Virus record (IMG/VR): IMGVR_UViG_3300011008_000078
Source: a virus
Reading direction: 5' to 3' (one strand)
Length of the DNA: 54,692 nucleotides
Each line of letters opens with the position of its first letter. Position 1 is the first letter of the stretch. Below are positions 29,111 to 40,951 of this stretch, one piece after another. The position numbers and the translations under genes are program-made. The notes under the pieces are model-generated. The model was given only the letters and a program-made list of their open reading frames with translations. It was not told where the DNA came from and ran no database searches.

Positions 29111-29404
29111 TTACTTAACAACTTCTGGAATAATTGCTGAAGTATCAGGCATTTGTTCAGAATTTTGCTTTGTAATAATTTGTTTTTCTTCTAATTGTGT
29201 AAGTAACTTCTGTTGTGAAGCAAATGCAGCAAGAAAACTATTTAATGGCATAATAAGTCGATATTCTTCCTTATATGTAGGTTCTTCATCCTGGGCTTCA
29301 CCTGGGATTAAAGTACCAATACCAATTCTAATCATACCATTTAAAAAATTAATATGATTAATACCATCAATATAAATCTGTTTTACCTCATTTTCATTTA
29401 ACAT
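29111..29404 (-). CDS. Hypothetical protein
   Basis: 97 aa ORF. Confidence 0.45.
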   Translation of the reverse strand: MLNENEVKQIYIDGINHINFLNGMIRIGIGTLIPGEAQDEEPTYKEEYRLIMPLNSFLAAFASQQKLLTQLEEKQIITKQNSEQMPDTSAIIPEVVK

Positions 29405-29453
29405 AATAAATTTCCTTTCAATTTAATAATTAATATTATAATTAAAATAATTA

Positions 29454-30104
29454 TTATTTTTCATTTTTAATATTATTTTTTGCCCAATTTGCATCAATAT
29501 ATTCAAAATTTGATGTTTCATCTGGAGCTGATCCACCAATAGAATCTATAATAATATTATAATATTTAATATCTACACTAATATCAATTGGTTGTACTTT
29601 ATTATCATTAATATTAAAACAAGTAAAAATCAATTTATCTTTTTCTATTTTATTAAAACATATATTTTTATATATTTCACTATCTAAACGTTCTTTATTA
29701 TACATACCTAATTTCATTATTTCAATTATTTTATCATTTAAATCATAATCAAATATTAACATTTTTTCTAATAATTGATTTAATGAAGTAACTACTCTGG
29801 TATGTTTTAATTCTGATATTATATTTTTATGTGATTCAACTAATTTATCAATATTTTTATTAAATTCATCTAAATTATTACTAATATATAAATATACTAT
29901 ATATTTTTTAAACATATCTACTACTAAACAATCATATTGAATTACTGTTGTTTTTTTACAATTTGGACAATTGATTTTAAATAAATTTAATGAAAATAAA
30001 TCATTATATAATTCTTTATCGGTTTGTAAATTAATAACTGGATATGTATTAATTTGTAATTCTTGTTTACAATGTGGACATACAAATTTTGTTTCTAATT
30101 TCAT
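29454..30104 (-). CDS. Zinc-ribbon protein in structural operon
   Basis: FVCPHCKQEL and INCPNCKKT. Confidence 0.5.
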   Translation of the reverse strand: MKLETKFVCPHCKQELQINTYPVINLQTDKELYNDLFSLNLFKINCPNCKKTTVIQYDCLVVDMFKKYIVYLYISNNLDEFNKNIDKLVESHKNIISELKHTRVVTSLNQLLEKMLIFDYDLNDKIIEIMKLGMYNKERLDSEIYKNICFNKIEKDKLIFTCFNINDNKVQPIDISVDIKYYNIIIDSIGGSAPDETSNFEYIDANWAKNNIKNEK

Positions 30105-30137
30105 GATATTCCTATTCCTAAATCTTTTAATTCTCTA

Positions 30138-33100
30138 TTACAGGTTAATATAAATCCGTTCCATATTATTATTAGCATTATTTAAATTTTTAATTAAATT
30201 AAATGTATCTGATGAATTATTTAATAAATTAAAACTATTTAATCCTCTACCTAAATTATCTCCTAATGAATTAAGTTTTTCCATATTAAATGATGGTGTA
30301 TTATACATTTTTGTAAGATCTAACATACCAGTTCTATTAATTAAATCATTTTTTAATGATGTACCATTTACAACATCTTTAAATGTATTCATATTACCAC
30401 TTTGAAATGCTGTAAGAAGTTGTTGTTTTTGAGAATTCGTTATATTCTTTGCTGTATTTATAAATTGTGTACCTACAGATATACTTGCACATTCACCTAA
30501 AAGGTCTTTAAATATATTAATAATACCTGCACTAAAAATATTTTGTAATTGTGTAAATGGATCAATACCAATTGGTAATCCCATAGCTTCTCCGGCATCC
30601 ATTAACCAATCTTTAAATCGTCTTGGACATAATTGATATAAATTAAATGTACTTGCTAAATTTGTTAATCCATCTTTTGCAGTTTTGAAAAAATCTCCTA
30701 TAGTATCTGCAGCATTAGTGGCTGCTTTATCTATTGAATTAGCAACATCATTTAATAATAACTTAGTAGCTTCTTCATTATTTTTTAATGAATCAGATAA
30801 ACTTTTAATATTTCCTTCGCCTTGTGCTTTTCTTTGTGCTTCACAAATTGTATTTTTAAGACAATTTGCATCTATAAATCCCATTGTTGGAAACATATTA
30901 TTAGCAATAGACATAAAATTTTGTAATGTAATATCTCTATTAAATATATTATCTTTTAATTGTTTTGCAATATTCCAATTTTCTTCCATTTTCTCTTTTC
31001 TTTTTTGTTTCCATTTTTTAAATTCTTCTTTTGCATCTTTTGTTAATTCTTCTGGTCTTTGTTTTTTTCTTTTTGCTACATCTTCAGGTAAAATAGATAT
31101 TGGTGTATTTAAAAATTCTTGTAATCCACATTTACCATTTATATTTAATTCTTCTTGTGTCATTTCTCCACATTTCTTTGGAAACCCACACTCTATTTTA
31201 ACCTTTTCATATATATAAAATTGAACTAATAATGGTTCATAATTAGGATCAGTATACATTTCATTTAATTTTAATATTTTTAATGGATTTATTAAACCAT
31301 TTTGTAACCAATAATATTGTCCATCTGGTAAATCATTTTCATATGGATAATTTTTTGCCATTTTTCTATCTATTCCAGTATATGGTTCATATGCACCAGC
31401 TAAAGTTGTTCCATAATCAGTACCAATTCCTGGTATCATTATACTATTTTTAAATATTGGAATACCTGTATATTGACAAGTTATACTAATTCCAAGTGGT
31501 ATATATACATATCCATCATTTATACCAACTGATACATAATCATAATCATAATCTCCATAAGATTTTTCTGGATCTGCACCTTTAATAATATCACTTGTTT
31601 TTTTATCACAATATATATATACGTATTCAGTAACTGTACCTTTTCTCCAATCTATTTCATTATCTTTCTTTGCAATAGGATATACAGATGATTTATATCG
31701 ATCTATTGTTTCATACCATATATAAGTTCCTCTGATAATTGGTATTAATTCAGATTCTATCATATATTCAATAAAAAGATTATAATTATTAGATTCTAAC
31801 TTCATTCGATATTTATTAATTACTGGAAAAAATGGTACTACTGGAACTTTTAATAATGGTGGTAAAATTGCCGGTAAACCTAACATTATTTGATAATCTA
31901 TTGGATAAAATTTATCACATATTGGTTCATATTCTTCTCCATTTTCTTTTTTAGGATCTGTTGCATCAGATGGTTGTACTTTATCTGATAACTTACTAAA
32001 TTTAGTATATAATGTTTCTAACTCATTTTTTTTGTTTTGCCAATAATTATATTTAATAGTATCTATATATAATGCAGTATATGGCCAATTTGGATTTAAT
32101 TCTTTACTAATACAATATTCTTTTGTAATTTCATTATATTCATATCCGTCGTTTATTAATTTCTTGTGTTATATATTGTTGTTTTGCTTTTTCCCATAAT
32201 TGTGTATATTTATTTGTAGCTTTTCCATCAACAACTGATGGTATTATATCTTGAGAATTATTTGTAACAAATATACCACCCATACTTAAATATATAGATT
32301 TAATATTTTCTGTATATGCTGAATTTTTAGATAATTCTATTTCTAATTTATTTCTTAAATTTTCTTCATCTTGCCAAGTTTTAAAATATTTAGGACATTT
32401 ACCATTATTTTCTACGTCATCTTCTATTTTTTTTAATTCAGTATCAAGATTTTGTTTATATGCATTTTGTTTTAAATTTTTAAAATTTGTATTATAATAT
32501 ATTTTTTCAGGTCCAATTTTAAAATCCATTACCCAATTATCTAAATAGTCAGAATTACCGAAGAGTTTGCATATTTTGCTCTTTTAATATTTTTTTCTGA
32601 TTATCACAAAAATTTTTAAATGCTGTCCAATTTAATAATTTTTTACATTTATATACTTGTTCTACACCATTTTCTAATAATTTTCTACTATTTGAATCTA
32701 ATGAACGTGCAACAACTACAGTATCTTCCATAAATTCATTATATATATCTGCAAAATGTGCATCAAATATTATATCATTAATTTCTGTTTGATCAATAGG
32801 ATCAGAGCCATTAGTTTGAATATTATTTATTTCTTCTTCTAGTTCTTGCCCATATGATTCTAATAATGGATCTAAATTCAAATATATTGTAGCTAAAGAA
32901 CTACTTGGAAGTTCCATATATGGACCTAAACCAGTATTACGACCAATATAAGATAATGAATCTTTAGTAAAAAGTCGTTTAGTTTCTTTTATATAAATTT
33001 CAAGACTTCCTTTATTATAACTTAAAAGATGTTGTTGATAAGTGGCAGATTGTTTAGCATATTCTTTAGCTTCTTCTTCAGAACAAAAAAATGATTCTTT

Positions 33101-33289
33101 ATATATAGCATTTAAATAAAACATCCCAGAAGCACATGGATTTTCTACTAATGCATCTACACGCCTTTTAGCAGTAGGATCAGGATCCATTTGTAAATAT
33201 GCATTACATATTTGAATATTATTATTAATTTCTTTCAAACGTTTTTGTTTATCAACTATTTTTCGTGTTTTTTCTTGTTTATTTGCCAT
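30138..33289 (-). CDS. Large structural-operon protein reconstructed from 3 ORFs by two CGG +1 shifts
   Basis: 32555..33289 ends ...NMQTL(CGG TAA); +1 gives GNSDYLDNWVMDFKIGPEK... into 32140..32529, which ends NKR(CGG ATA TGA); +1 gives GYEYNEITKEYCISKELNPNWPYTALYIDTIKYNYWQNKKNELETLYTKFSK...YQIMLGLPAILPPL into 30138..31886. Confidence 0.8.
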
Positions 33290-33306
33290 TTATATTCACC
33301 TACTAT

Positions 33307-36300
33307 TTAGAAAAATACATCAGTTATTGCATCAATTAATCCATTTCCTAATAATCCACCACCACCATTAGGAATATTCCAAATTTCTTTACCACCAACA
33401 ACTAATACAGAATGAGGTATTATTGGTCCACCGACAGTAACTGCTAATGTTTCATCTATTATATCTAATGTTAAAGTACAATCTGGTACAGGTAATATAT
33501 CAAGAGTTCCTTTTACACCACATTTTAATGTATAATATTCTCCATCGACACTTAATTCAATATCTGGTGGAATTGGTAATTGAGAATTAATTCTCCAATA
33601 TATTCCTTTTTTATCATCTTCACTATCTAAGAAATTAAATTTAGCTCCAACATTTAATCCTGGGAATAATCCAGCATTAGCAGATAATAGTTCTTCCATA
33701 CCTGTAAAATCTTTAAGAAATTTAGGTAATCCACCAATACCAATTGTAGTATTCATTTCTGTAGTATTTATAACTTCTGGTAATTGTTCAGTTAACATTT
33801 TTTGTAAACATCCAAGTGGATCTATTATTGTTCCAATTGATACCATACTATCTGCAACAGGTAATATATCTGGTAATCCAATATTTATATTGTTATAAAA
33901 TACTGGCTTACCTGATAAAATTGGTGCTAATGATCCACTTATTGGCCAAGCTATTATACCAGTTTCAGTTGTAGATTTAATTGGAATATCAATTGAATAT
34001 TGTTTTTTATCAAAGAATTTATATAAAAATGATTGATATGCAAAAAATTCTGTTTTTTCTAACATAAGAAGATTTGGTAACATTTTTGCACCTTGTTGTA
34101 TAAATTCACCAATTGCAGTACCAATTGCTGGAACAAGTTTAATTAATGCTCCTAATACAGAAATAACGGTTGAAATAGCATTTGCGGTATTTGGCATTTT
34201 ATCTTTAAGCAAACATTCTTGTTCTAGTCCACTAGTAATATTCATAATACTACCTTTTCCTAATTGAATATAAAAACTATTTTTCATATCTTCGTGTTTA
34301 AAAGTAATATCATAATTATCACTTTCTCTGTGAAATTCTCCATCAGTTTTATCTGTATCACTACTATTTTCTCCTTCTTCCAAATTACTATTAACATCTG
34401 CTAATTCATTAATTAATCCTGTTGGTAATTCAATATATTGTTTATAAATAGAATCATTTATAATATATGGTTGAAGATCAACAACATAAGTAGTTGAATT
34501 ACATTGAAGAATTTGATTAAGTTTTTCTATTTTATTAGGAATATCTAAAGTATATTCACTTTGTTCATTTCCAAAAATTCCATTTTTAACTTGTGGTATA
34601 CTATATACACCAGTATCTGTTAATCCAGTATATATAGAAGTATATTCACCAAATGTTAATTTATCAAAATGATTATAATATTTTGTAGTTTTCTTTTTAA
34701 TTACTGGCTGACCTACTTGATTTGGCATAGCAACATTCATTTCGCCTAGTATATTATCAATTGGGTTAATACCTTTTGATGGATAAAACCAACCTTGTTC
34801 AATATTACTACTTACACCAAATTGCCAATTATTAGTATCAGCAGCAAATGTTGCATTTTTACCAACATGTAAATCATAACTACCAACACCATTCATTATT
34901 ATATTACCAAATGGATAAGTTGGACTTCCATATATTTCATCTAAACCATTTTTATCAACTGCATGACCAAATCCATTTGAACTTTGTTTTAATATAGATA
35001 CTGAACCAGCACAGGTTTCTTCATTTTCTATCATAGATTTTGTACTAGCATTAAATTTATGCATAGGAATAGATTTATCTAAAAATAATTTTTCAGTTAT
35101 TACATATGGTACTAATGTAAATAATTGTAAATCCGCTGCAGCTTGTACTATAACATCATTAATACAACTTATACAACCACCACCACCGCTTTCTTTTTGT
35201 ATAAATCCAAATTCAAATGGTACTCCTAACATTTGAAGTATCTGTTGTACTGGTTGTAATGGTTTTAATGTAATTGCTGGAGGATTCATACCTTGTTTTT
35301 GACCAGTTGCATTACTAAACCATGCAAATTTACCTTGCAATTTTCCTAATAAATGTGTATCTAAGAAAAGATCTCTTGGATCAGTAAATACTCTAAATGG
35401 AGTATTTGCAGCAACTTGTACATTACCAACTTTATATCCAGGTAATGCACCATATTTATTATTTGCAAATAAATTAATATTACCGGCATTACCTAAAGTA
35501 CCTTTAGTCTCAACAGTAATATCACCACTCCAAGATTTAATATCAATATTACCAACAACTTTACTAATTAATTTCCAATAATTAGTATTTGTAATTTCAT
35601 TCCAATTATCATCAATATTTCTAAATTTAGATATCCATCCATCAGTTGGTGGTTCAATTGCTGGATTTTGCATTATCATCTTACATGGTAAAAATGTTGG
35701 GAATCCATCATACATTACTGCTGTTTGTAAAAATTGTAAGAAACTAGTTAAATCAGTTGGAGCCACTGGATCAGTAATTACCATATCTGGATCAAATCCA
35801 GGTACTAATTGACTTATTAATGTTAGTGCTTTCAAATAACTTGGATTCCATGGAATTACACAACATTCTTTTTCTAAGTTTGCTATTTGTTTATTTTCAA
35901 CTGTAGTAATACCAATATTACCAAATGTTGATTTAATTATAATATTTCCCTTAGTACCTAAATTATTATATCCTTCAGCTGATATAACTCCTTGTTCATT
36001 AAATATTTCAAATTGTCCTTGAGTAAGTATTGTTATACTTCCACGTTTAGATATTTGTTCTATATCATCATTTACATTTATAATAAGATTTTTACCAATA
36101 ATTGATTTTTTATATCCAGTTATATATTCCTCACAATCTCCACCAATACGTAATTGTTTATTTTCACCAATAGATTTATTTTCGCTACCAACTATTTTAT
36201 AATTTACACTTTCACAAATAGTCTTATTATAATTTCCACCAATTACTAATATAGAATTATTAGTTATTTCAACTGTTGAATCAGCACCAATACTTTGATT

Positions 36301-37051
36301 ATAATTTACTGTTATATTTTCAGAATAAGATCCATCAATTAATTGTGAATAATTACCAACATGTCTAAATATAGTTGGACCTTCTTCTTCTGTATAAGTA
36401 GCACCAATATGTTTTATATAAGTATCACCAATATGTGTTTCATGTTTATCTCCTTCATGATGAACATACCAATCGCCATCAATTTTCATATTTACATCAC
36501 CATGAATTTGAACATTAACGGCATTTATATCTTTTGCTAATACTTCAATATCTAATCTAGTTTTTCTATTTAATTTTGTTCCATCTTCTTTAGATACTTC
36601 ACTATTTTGATCATTATAGGTATCAAATTTACATGTTGAATCTGGATGTTCTGGTTCTTCATCTATTCGAACTCTAATATTATCGCTTTGAAATACATGT
36701 TGATTTGGATGTTCACTAAACCAACCAGGGCCAGATTGAGCTGCAGCAAAATAAACTGGTTTATTTATATTACCAGCTTCAAAAAATACAAATACTTGTG
36801 CACCACTTTCTGGAGATTTTCCGCATATGAGGAGCACTACACCAACCAGTTTCAGAATTTAATCCACCATTTTCATTGGTCCATGCCCCTCCACCAATTG
36901 CCATTGCTGGCTCTGCCCAAGGCAATAAATGCCAATCTTTAAAAAATTCATCTGGATAAATACCATGTACAAATATTTTACATTTTCCTTTTACATCAGG
37001 ATCTATATTATATACTACAGTTCCTCTATATATTCCATTATATTCTAACAT
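33307..37051 (-). CDS. Baseplate central spike/hub-like protein (T4 gp5-like), reconstructed by one CGG +1 shift
   Basis: N-part RGTVVYNIDPDVKGKCKIFVHGIYPDE...LLPWAEPAMAIGGG..GLNSETGWCSAPHM, +1 at CGG 36821..36823 gives GKSPESGAQVFVFFEAGNINKPVYFAAAQSGPG; VgrG/gp5-like repeats follow. Confidence 0.82.
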
Positions 37052-37068
37052 TATATTACCTTTATTTT

Positions 37069-38299
37069 TTATTCATAATTTTTTATATCTGGTTTTTGAG
37101 AAAGTGTTCTATAACAAGTTATATCATTCATATACATATTATCTTCCCAGGTATGTATACAACTATATATTGTCCAAGCACCATTTAATTCTGGTTGTAA
37201 CTCCTTTTTTTCTACAATTAAATTAATAATTTGACCTACTTCTCTACTTAAATTTCCAGTTATAAAAAATTCTATATTTTTTGTACGTAATTCTAATTCT
37301 CTAAATGTATTATACATTTTATGTTGAGAAAAATTTGGATAACTTTTAACTAAATTATTATAATCAAGAAGATTTCGTGGTGCCATAATATCATTTATAT
37401 ATGACTCTGAAATATCACCAAAATCATTTAATAAATTACTAATCATATTACCATTATATACGGTTTGAGACCAAGTACGTGTATTATGATTAAATTCATT
37501 AAATTTATATGTAGATAATAATTTCATACTATTTAACCCACCCATAGGCATATCACTAATTAATTTATCTATAAATCTTCCCATATCATTATTAGTTTTA
37601 CCAGTACCTTCAGTTAAAAATACTAAATTATCATTACATATATCTATTATATAATCATTTGTTGATAATTGATTATATAACATACAAACATTATCTAATA
37701 TTCTTGTTAAAAAGTAAGTTGGAGGATCATTTTTAGATACTCCAAGTTCTAAACAATAATCTATAATGTTTTTAATTCTTGTATTTTGTGATGTAATTAA
37801 ATCTATTCGTTGTGAAGTGTCAGTATAGTTATTATCAAAAGAACAATCTACTCTATTTAATACATCACCAATTATTTTATATGGAGATATTTGTCCTTGT
37901 TCTTTATTATTAGAATACATAATATTTTTTGATAACTCAATTGCTGTAGTATAAACACATTCTACTTCAAATTTTGCAAATTGTTGATTAATACTTAAAA
38001 TTTTTATATTATTTACAATTAAATCACATTCTAATGTAATTTCTTCATTATTATATGATTGTTTTGGTTCAACCATAAATAATTTAATAAATGTTCCGAC
38101 TAGTATTTAATTTATTTAATAATATATATCCTTTATCTATAAAATGTATTTTTACAATTGGAGTATAAGATTCTAATGTATTAATTATTTCTATATAAGT
38201 AATACAATCTGCATCTATTTCACTAAAATTATCATTTTTTATATTAGTATAAAAACATTGTACTTCCCAATCTTGTGAATTATACTTTTTTTTACTCAT
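37069..38299 (-). CDS. Putative baseplate protein reconstructed by one CGG +1 shift
   Basis: 38084..38299 ends LLNKLNTS(CGG); +1 gives GTFIKLFMVEPKQSYNNEEI into 37069..38076. Confidence 0.75.
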
Positions 38300-38664
38300 A
38301 TTTTTAATGATCCTAATATATTATCAATTATTGATTTATCTAATATTTTTATAACTTTACCTGGTATTAATTCTGTAAATGGATTTTTAATATTGTTTAC
38401 TTTACAAATTAACCACCATAATTTTATTGTTTTATAAAATTTAAATGATATACCTGTCCAATTATCTCCATCTTTAATAACATATGAAGAATAATATGAA
38501 GTAGGCATATTATCTATATTTTCAAATATTATTGTTTTATTTATATTAAAATAACTTTTTTCGCCCAAATTAATAACATTAAAAAAATTAGCGAAATCAT
38601 ACATATCTAACTTTTTAATAGATGTTAATTCAGGTATTGCATTATATTTTTTATTAGTATTCAT
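38296..38664 (-). CDS. Hypothetical baseplate-operon protein
   Basis: 122 aa ORF. Confidence 0.5.
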   Translation of the reverse strand: MNTNKKYNAIPELTSIKKLDMYDFANFFNVINLGEKSYFNINKTIIFENIDNMPTSYYSSYVIKDGDNWTGISFKFYKTIKLWWLICKVNNIKNPFTELIPGKVIKILDKSIIDNILGSLKI

Positions 38665-38699
38665 AATTATTAATTGTATTTATATATTAAAGTATTTTA

Positions 38700-40587
38700 T
38701 TAATATTCCATATCATTAAATTCATTTTCATCTTCATTTTCTATATTTTCTCTTAACATATTTTCTCTTTGTTTATTAGCAACATCATTAAGTGTAGCAT
38801 TAGCTTGTTCTTTTGAATCTCCTGTTGCCATAAGTAAATTTTTCATTCTTTCTTTTCTTTCTGTAATACCTCCTTCATGTATTTTTAATAATGAATCATT
38901 TCCAATATTTTTAAGATGTTGTTCGTATTTAGCTTGTTGTCTTTTTCTCATTTCTTCTAATTCTTTAATATGTTTTTCAACATCTTTTCCAACCAATTCT
39001 TCTTTTGCTTTATCAAGAGCTTCACCAAGTACACCTAATGTTGATGATCTATTATTAAGATTTGTTATATTTCTCATTTTTTTAAATGTAGTTCCATATC
39101 CATGTAAATAATAACTCATATACATATTAAAATTGTTTGGTACTAACGGTTTAATATTAATTGATATTTTCCATGCATCTGGCCATAATATATCTTTATC
39201 AATTGATTTAATTACATTATCATATCTTTCTGCCATAAAATTATTTTTTCTTAATTTACCGACATTAGTAATTGTAGTACCTATAGATGCCCATACTATA
39301 TTAAATCTTCCAGGACATAATACATTATATACGTTTGTACCTTGAATCATACCAAAATCCATTTGTAACCACTGTGTACCAGCATAAAATGCTTGAAGAA
39401 ATCTAAAATTTTTATCTAACCAATAAGTATCTTTATTAATTAAATGAAATTCAAATGATAAATCGTTTTCAATATATGTACTTGATCCAATATCACTAAT
39501 TTTAAATGTTGGAGCCATTGGAAGTTGTATATCCATACCATCTTTAATAAATTCTGCAAATCCTTGACCACTTTTTCCTAAACTTTGTGCTAAACTACCA
39601 ACACTCCAACTTTTATATTCAGATGATTGTAAATAAGTATCGTTAAAAAATGGTAATTCATATGTATTTAACCATTTACCGAGATTGAAATAAATTATAT
39701 ATTTGACTTACTGGATTTCTTCTAACACCAAATTGGCCCATTAAATTATTTTGTACTTTATCTCCCAAACTTGGATCTGATTTAACTATATCATCAAACA
39801 TTGCATTTTCACTATATAAACTCTCTGGATCAATAGAATATTTATTTAATAACCAATTTGATGTGGTTTTACTTAAATTACTACCTATACTTTTCATAAG
39901 ATTAGATTGTAATGCTCCCATAACTTTTGTTGCCATATCTGCCTTACCACCGTTCATTTTTTTCTGCTTTATTTTTTACTGCTTTTCCAAATAATCCGAA
40001 GTCCTTCTCCTAATATTTCATTTAATAATAATACTTTATCTGGTTGAAATTCATTTAAAATAATTGGTTGAACTTCCGGTTTATTTGCATAATCCGGATT
40101 GACATCAAAAGTTTCAGAATATAAAAAATCATGATTAGACATATAATATGATTTAGATGGGCCTGTACCAGCAGGAGTCATTGAACCAATACCAAATACA
40201 CTATTTGGGTCATATTTTGGTTTATAAAATTCATCAATAGTTCCTCTAAAATTTTTAAAATTACGTATATCTTCTAATAGTTCATTTGGTGATTTTTTTT
40301 GAATATTATATTTAAATTTTTCATTTGCTGCATTTTCAATACCTTCAAATATGCTCTTTGTTAAAGTTTTTAATTGTTCTTTATCAGCTGAATTAAATAA
40401 AAGTATTAATTGTTTTTTAGTCATACCAGCAGCAAGAGGATTACCGCTTTAATGCTGCATCTTTCCATTTATTTAATAATTCATTTTGTTTTTGTTTTGC
40501 TGCTGCAATACTAGCGCTATCACCAGATTCTTTAGCTTTAACTATCTCTTTTAATACAGATTGTTGATTTTCTACTGTTTGTGCCAT
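38700..40587 (-). CDS. Putative baseplate/tail-tube-associated protein reconstructed by four CGG +1 shifts
   Basis: MAQTVENQQ...KDAALK(CGG)GNPLAAGMTKKQLILLF...EGL(CGG)GLFGKAVKNKAEKNE(CGG)GGKADMATKVMG...NLFQS(CGG)GKWLNTYELPFFNDTYLQ...MDIQLPMAPTFK; C-part resembles baseplate tail-tube proteins only generally. Confidence 0.78.
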
Positions 40588-40677
40588 AATATATGTATAA
40601 AATTAAACATCTATTTTTATTTATTATAAAAACAGATGTTTATATTTAAAAGTATATTAATTTTTTAATAATATTTA

Positions 40678-40860
40678 TTAACCAACAATTGCTGCAATCA
40701 GCAAAATCGGTCCAATAGTATAAATTGCACTAACCAAACAAATTCCAAAAATACCAAAATTTCTAATAATTGCTGCCTGAAGTCCCAACCACATGGCCAC
40801 AAGCAGAACAACAAACATATAACCAATCAAATGCAGGAACAAAATCGTCAGCAAACCCAT
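40678..40860 (-). CDS. Small membrane protein
   Basis: 60 aa highly hydrophobic ORF. Confidence 0.5.
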   Translation of the reverse strand: MGLLTILFLHLIGYMFVVLLVAMWLGLQAAIIRNFGIFGICLVSAIYTIGPILLIAAIVG

Positions 40861-40890
40861 AACAACACCTCTCTTTATTTATTAGGTTTA

Positions 40891-40925
40891 TATTATAATA
40901 TAATAAAAATTTATAATTTATAAAC
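40891..40925. promoter_or_regulatory. Recurrent AT-rich promoter-like element (copy 3)
   Basis: tatattataatataataaaaattttataatttataaac upstream of minus gene starting 40860. Confidence 0.35.
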
Positions 40926-40951
40926 AAAAATGTAAGAATTTTTTTATTTTA

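Noticed and set aside
27228-31218. Plus-strand ORFs 27228..27572, 29971..30153 and 30685..31218
   Set aside because: Antisense to the structural operon; the longest is inside the fused 30138..33289 gene.
39660-40450. Classical P-site slippery heptamer frameshifting
   Set aside because: Codons preceding CGG are different at nearly every site and usually cannot re-pair in +1.
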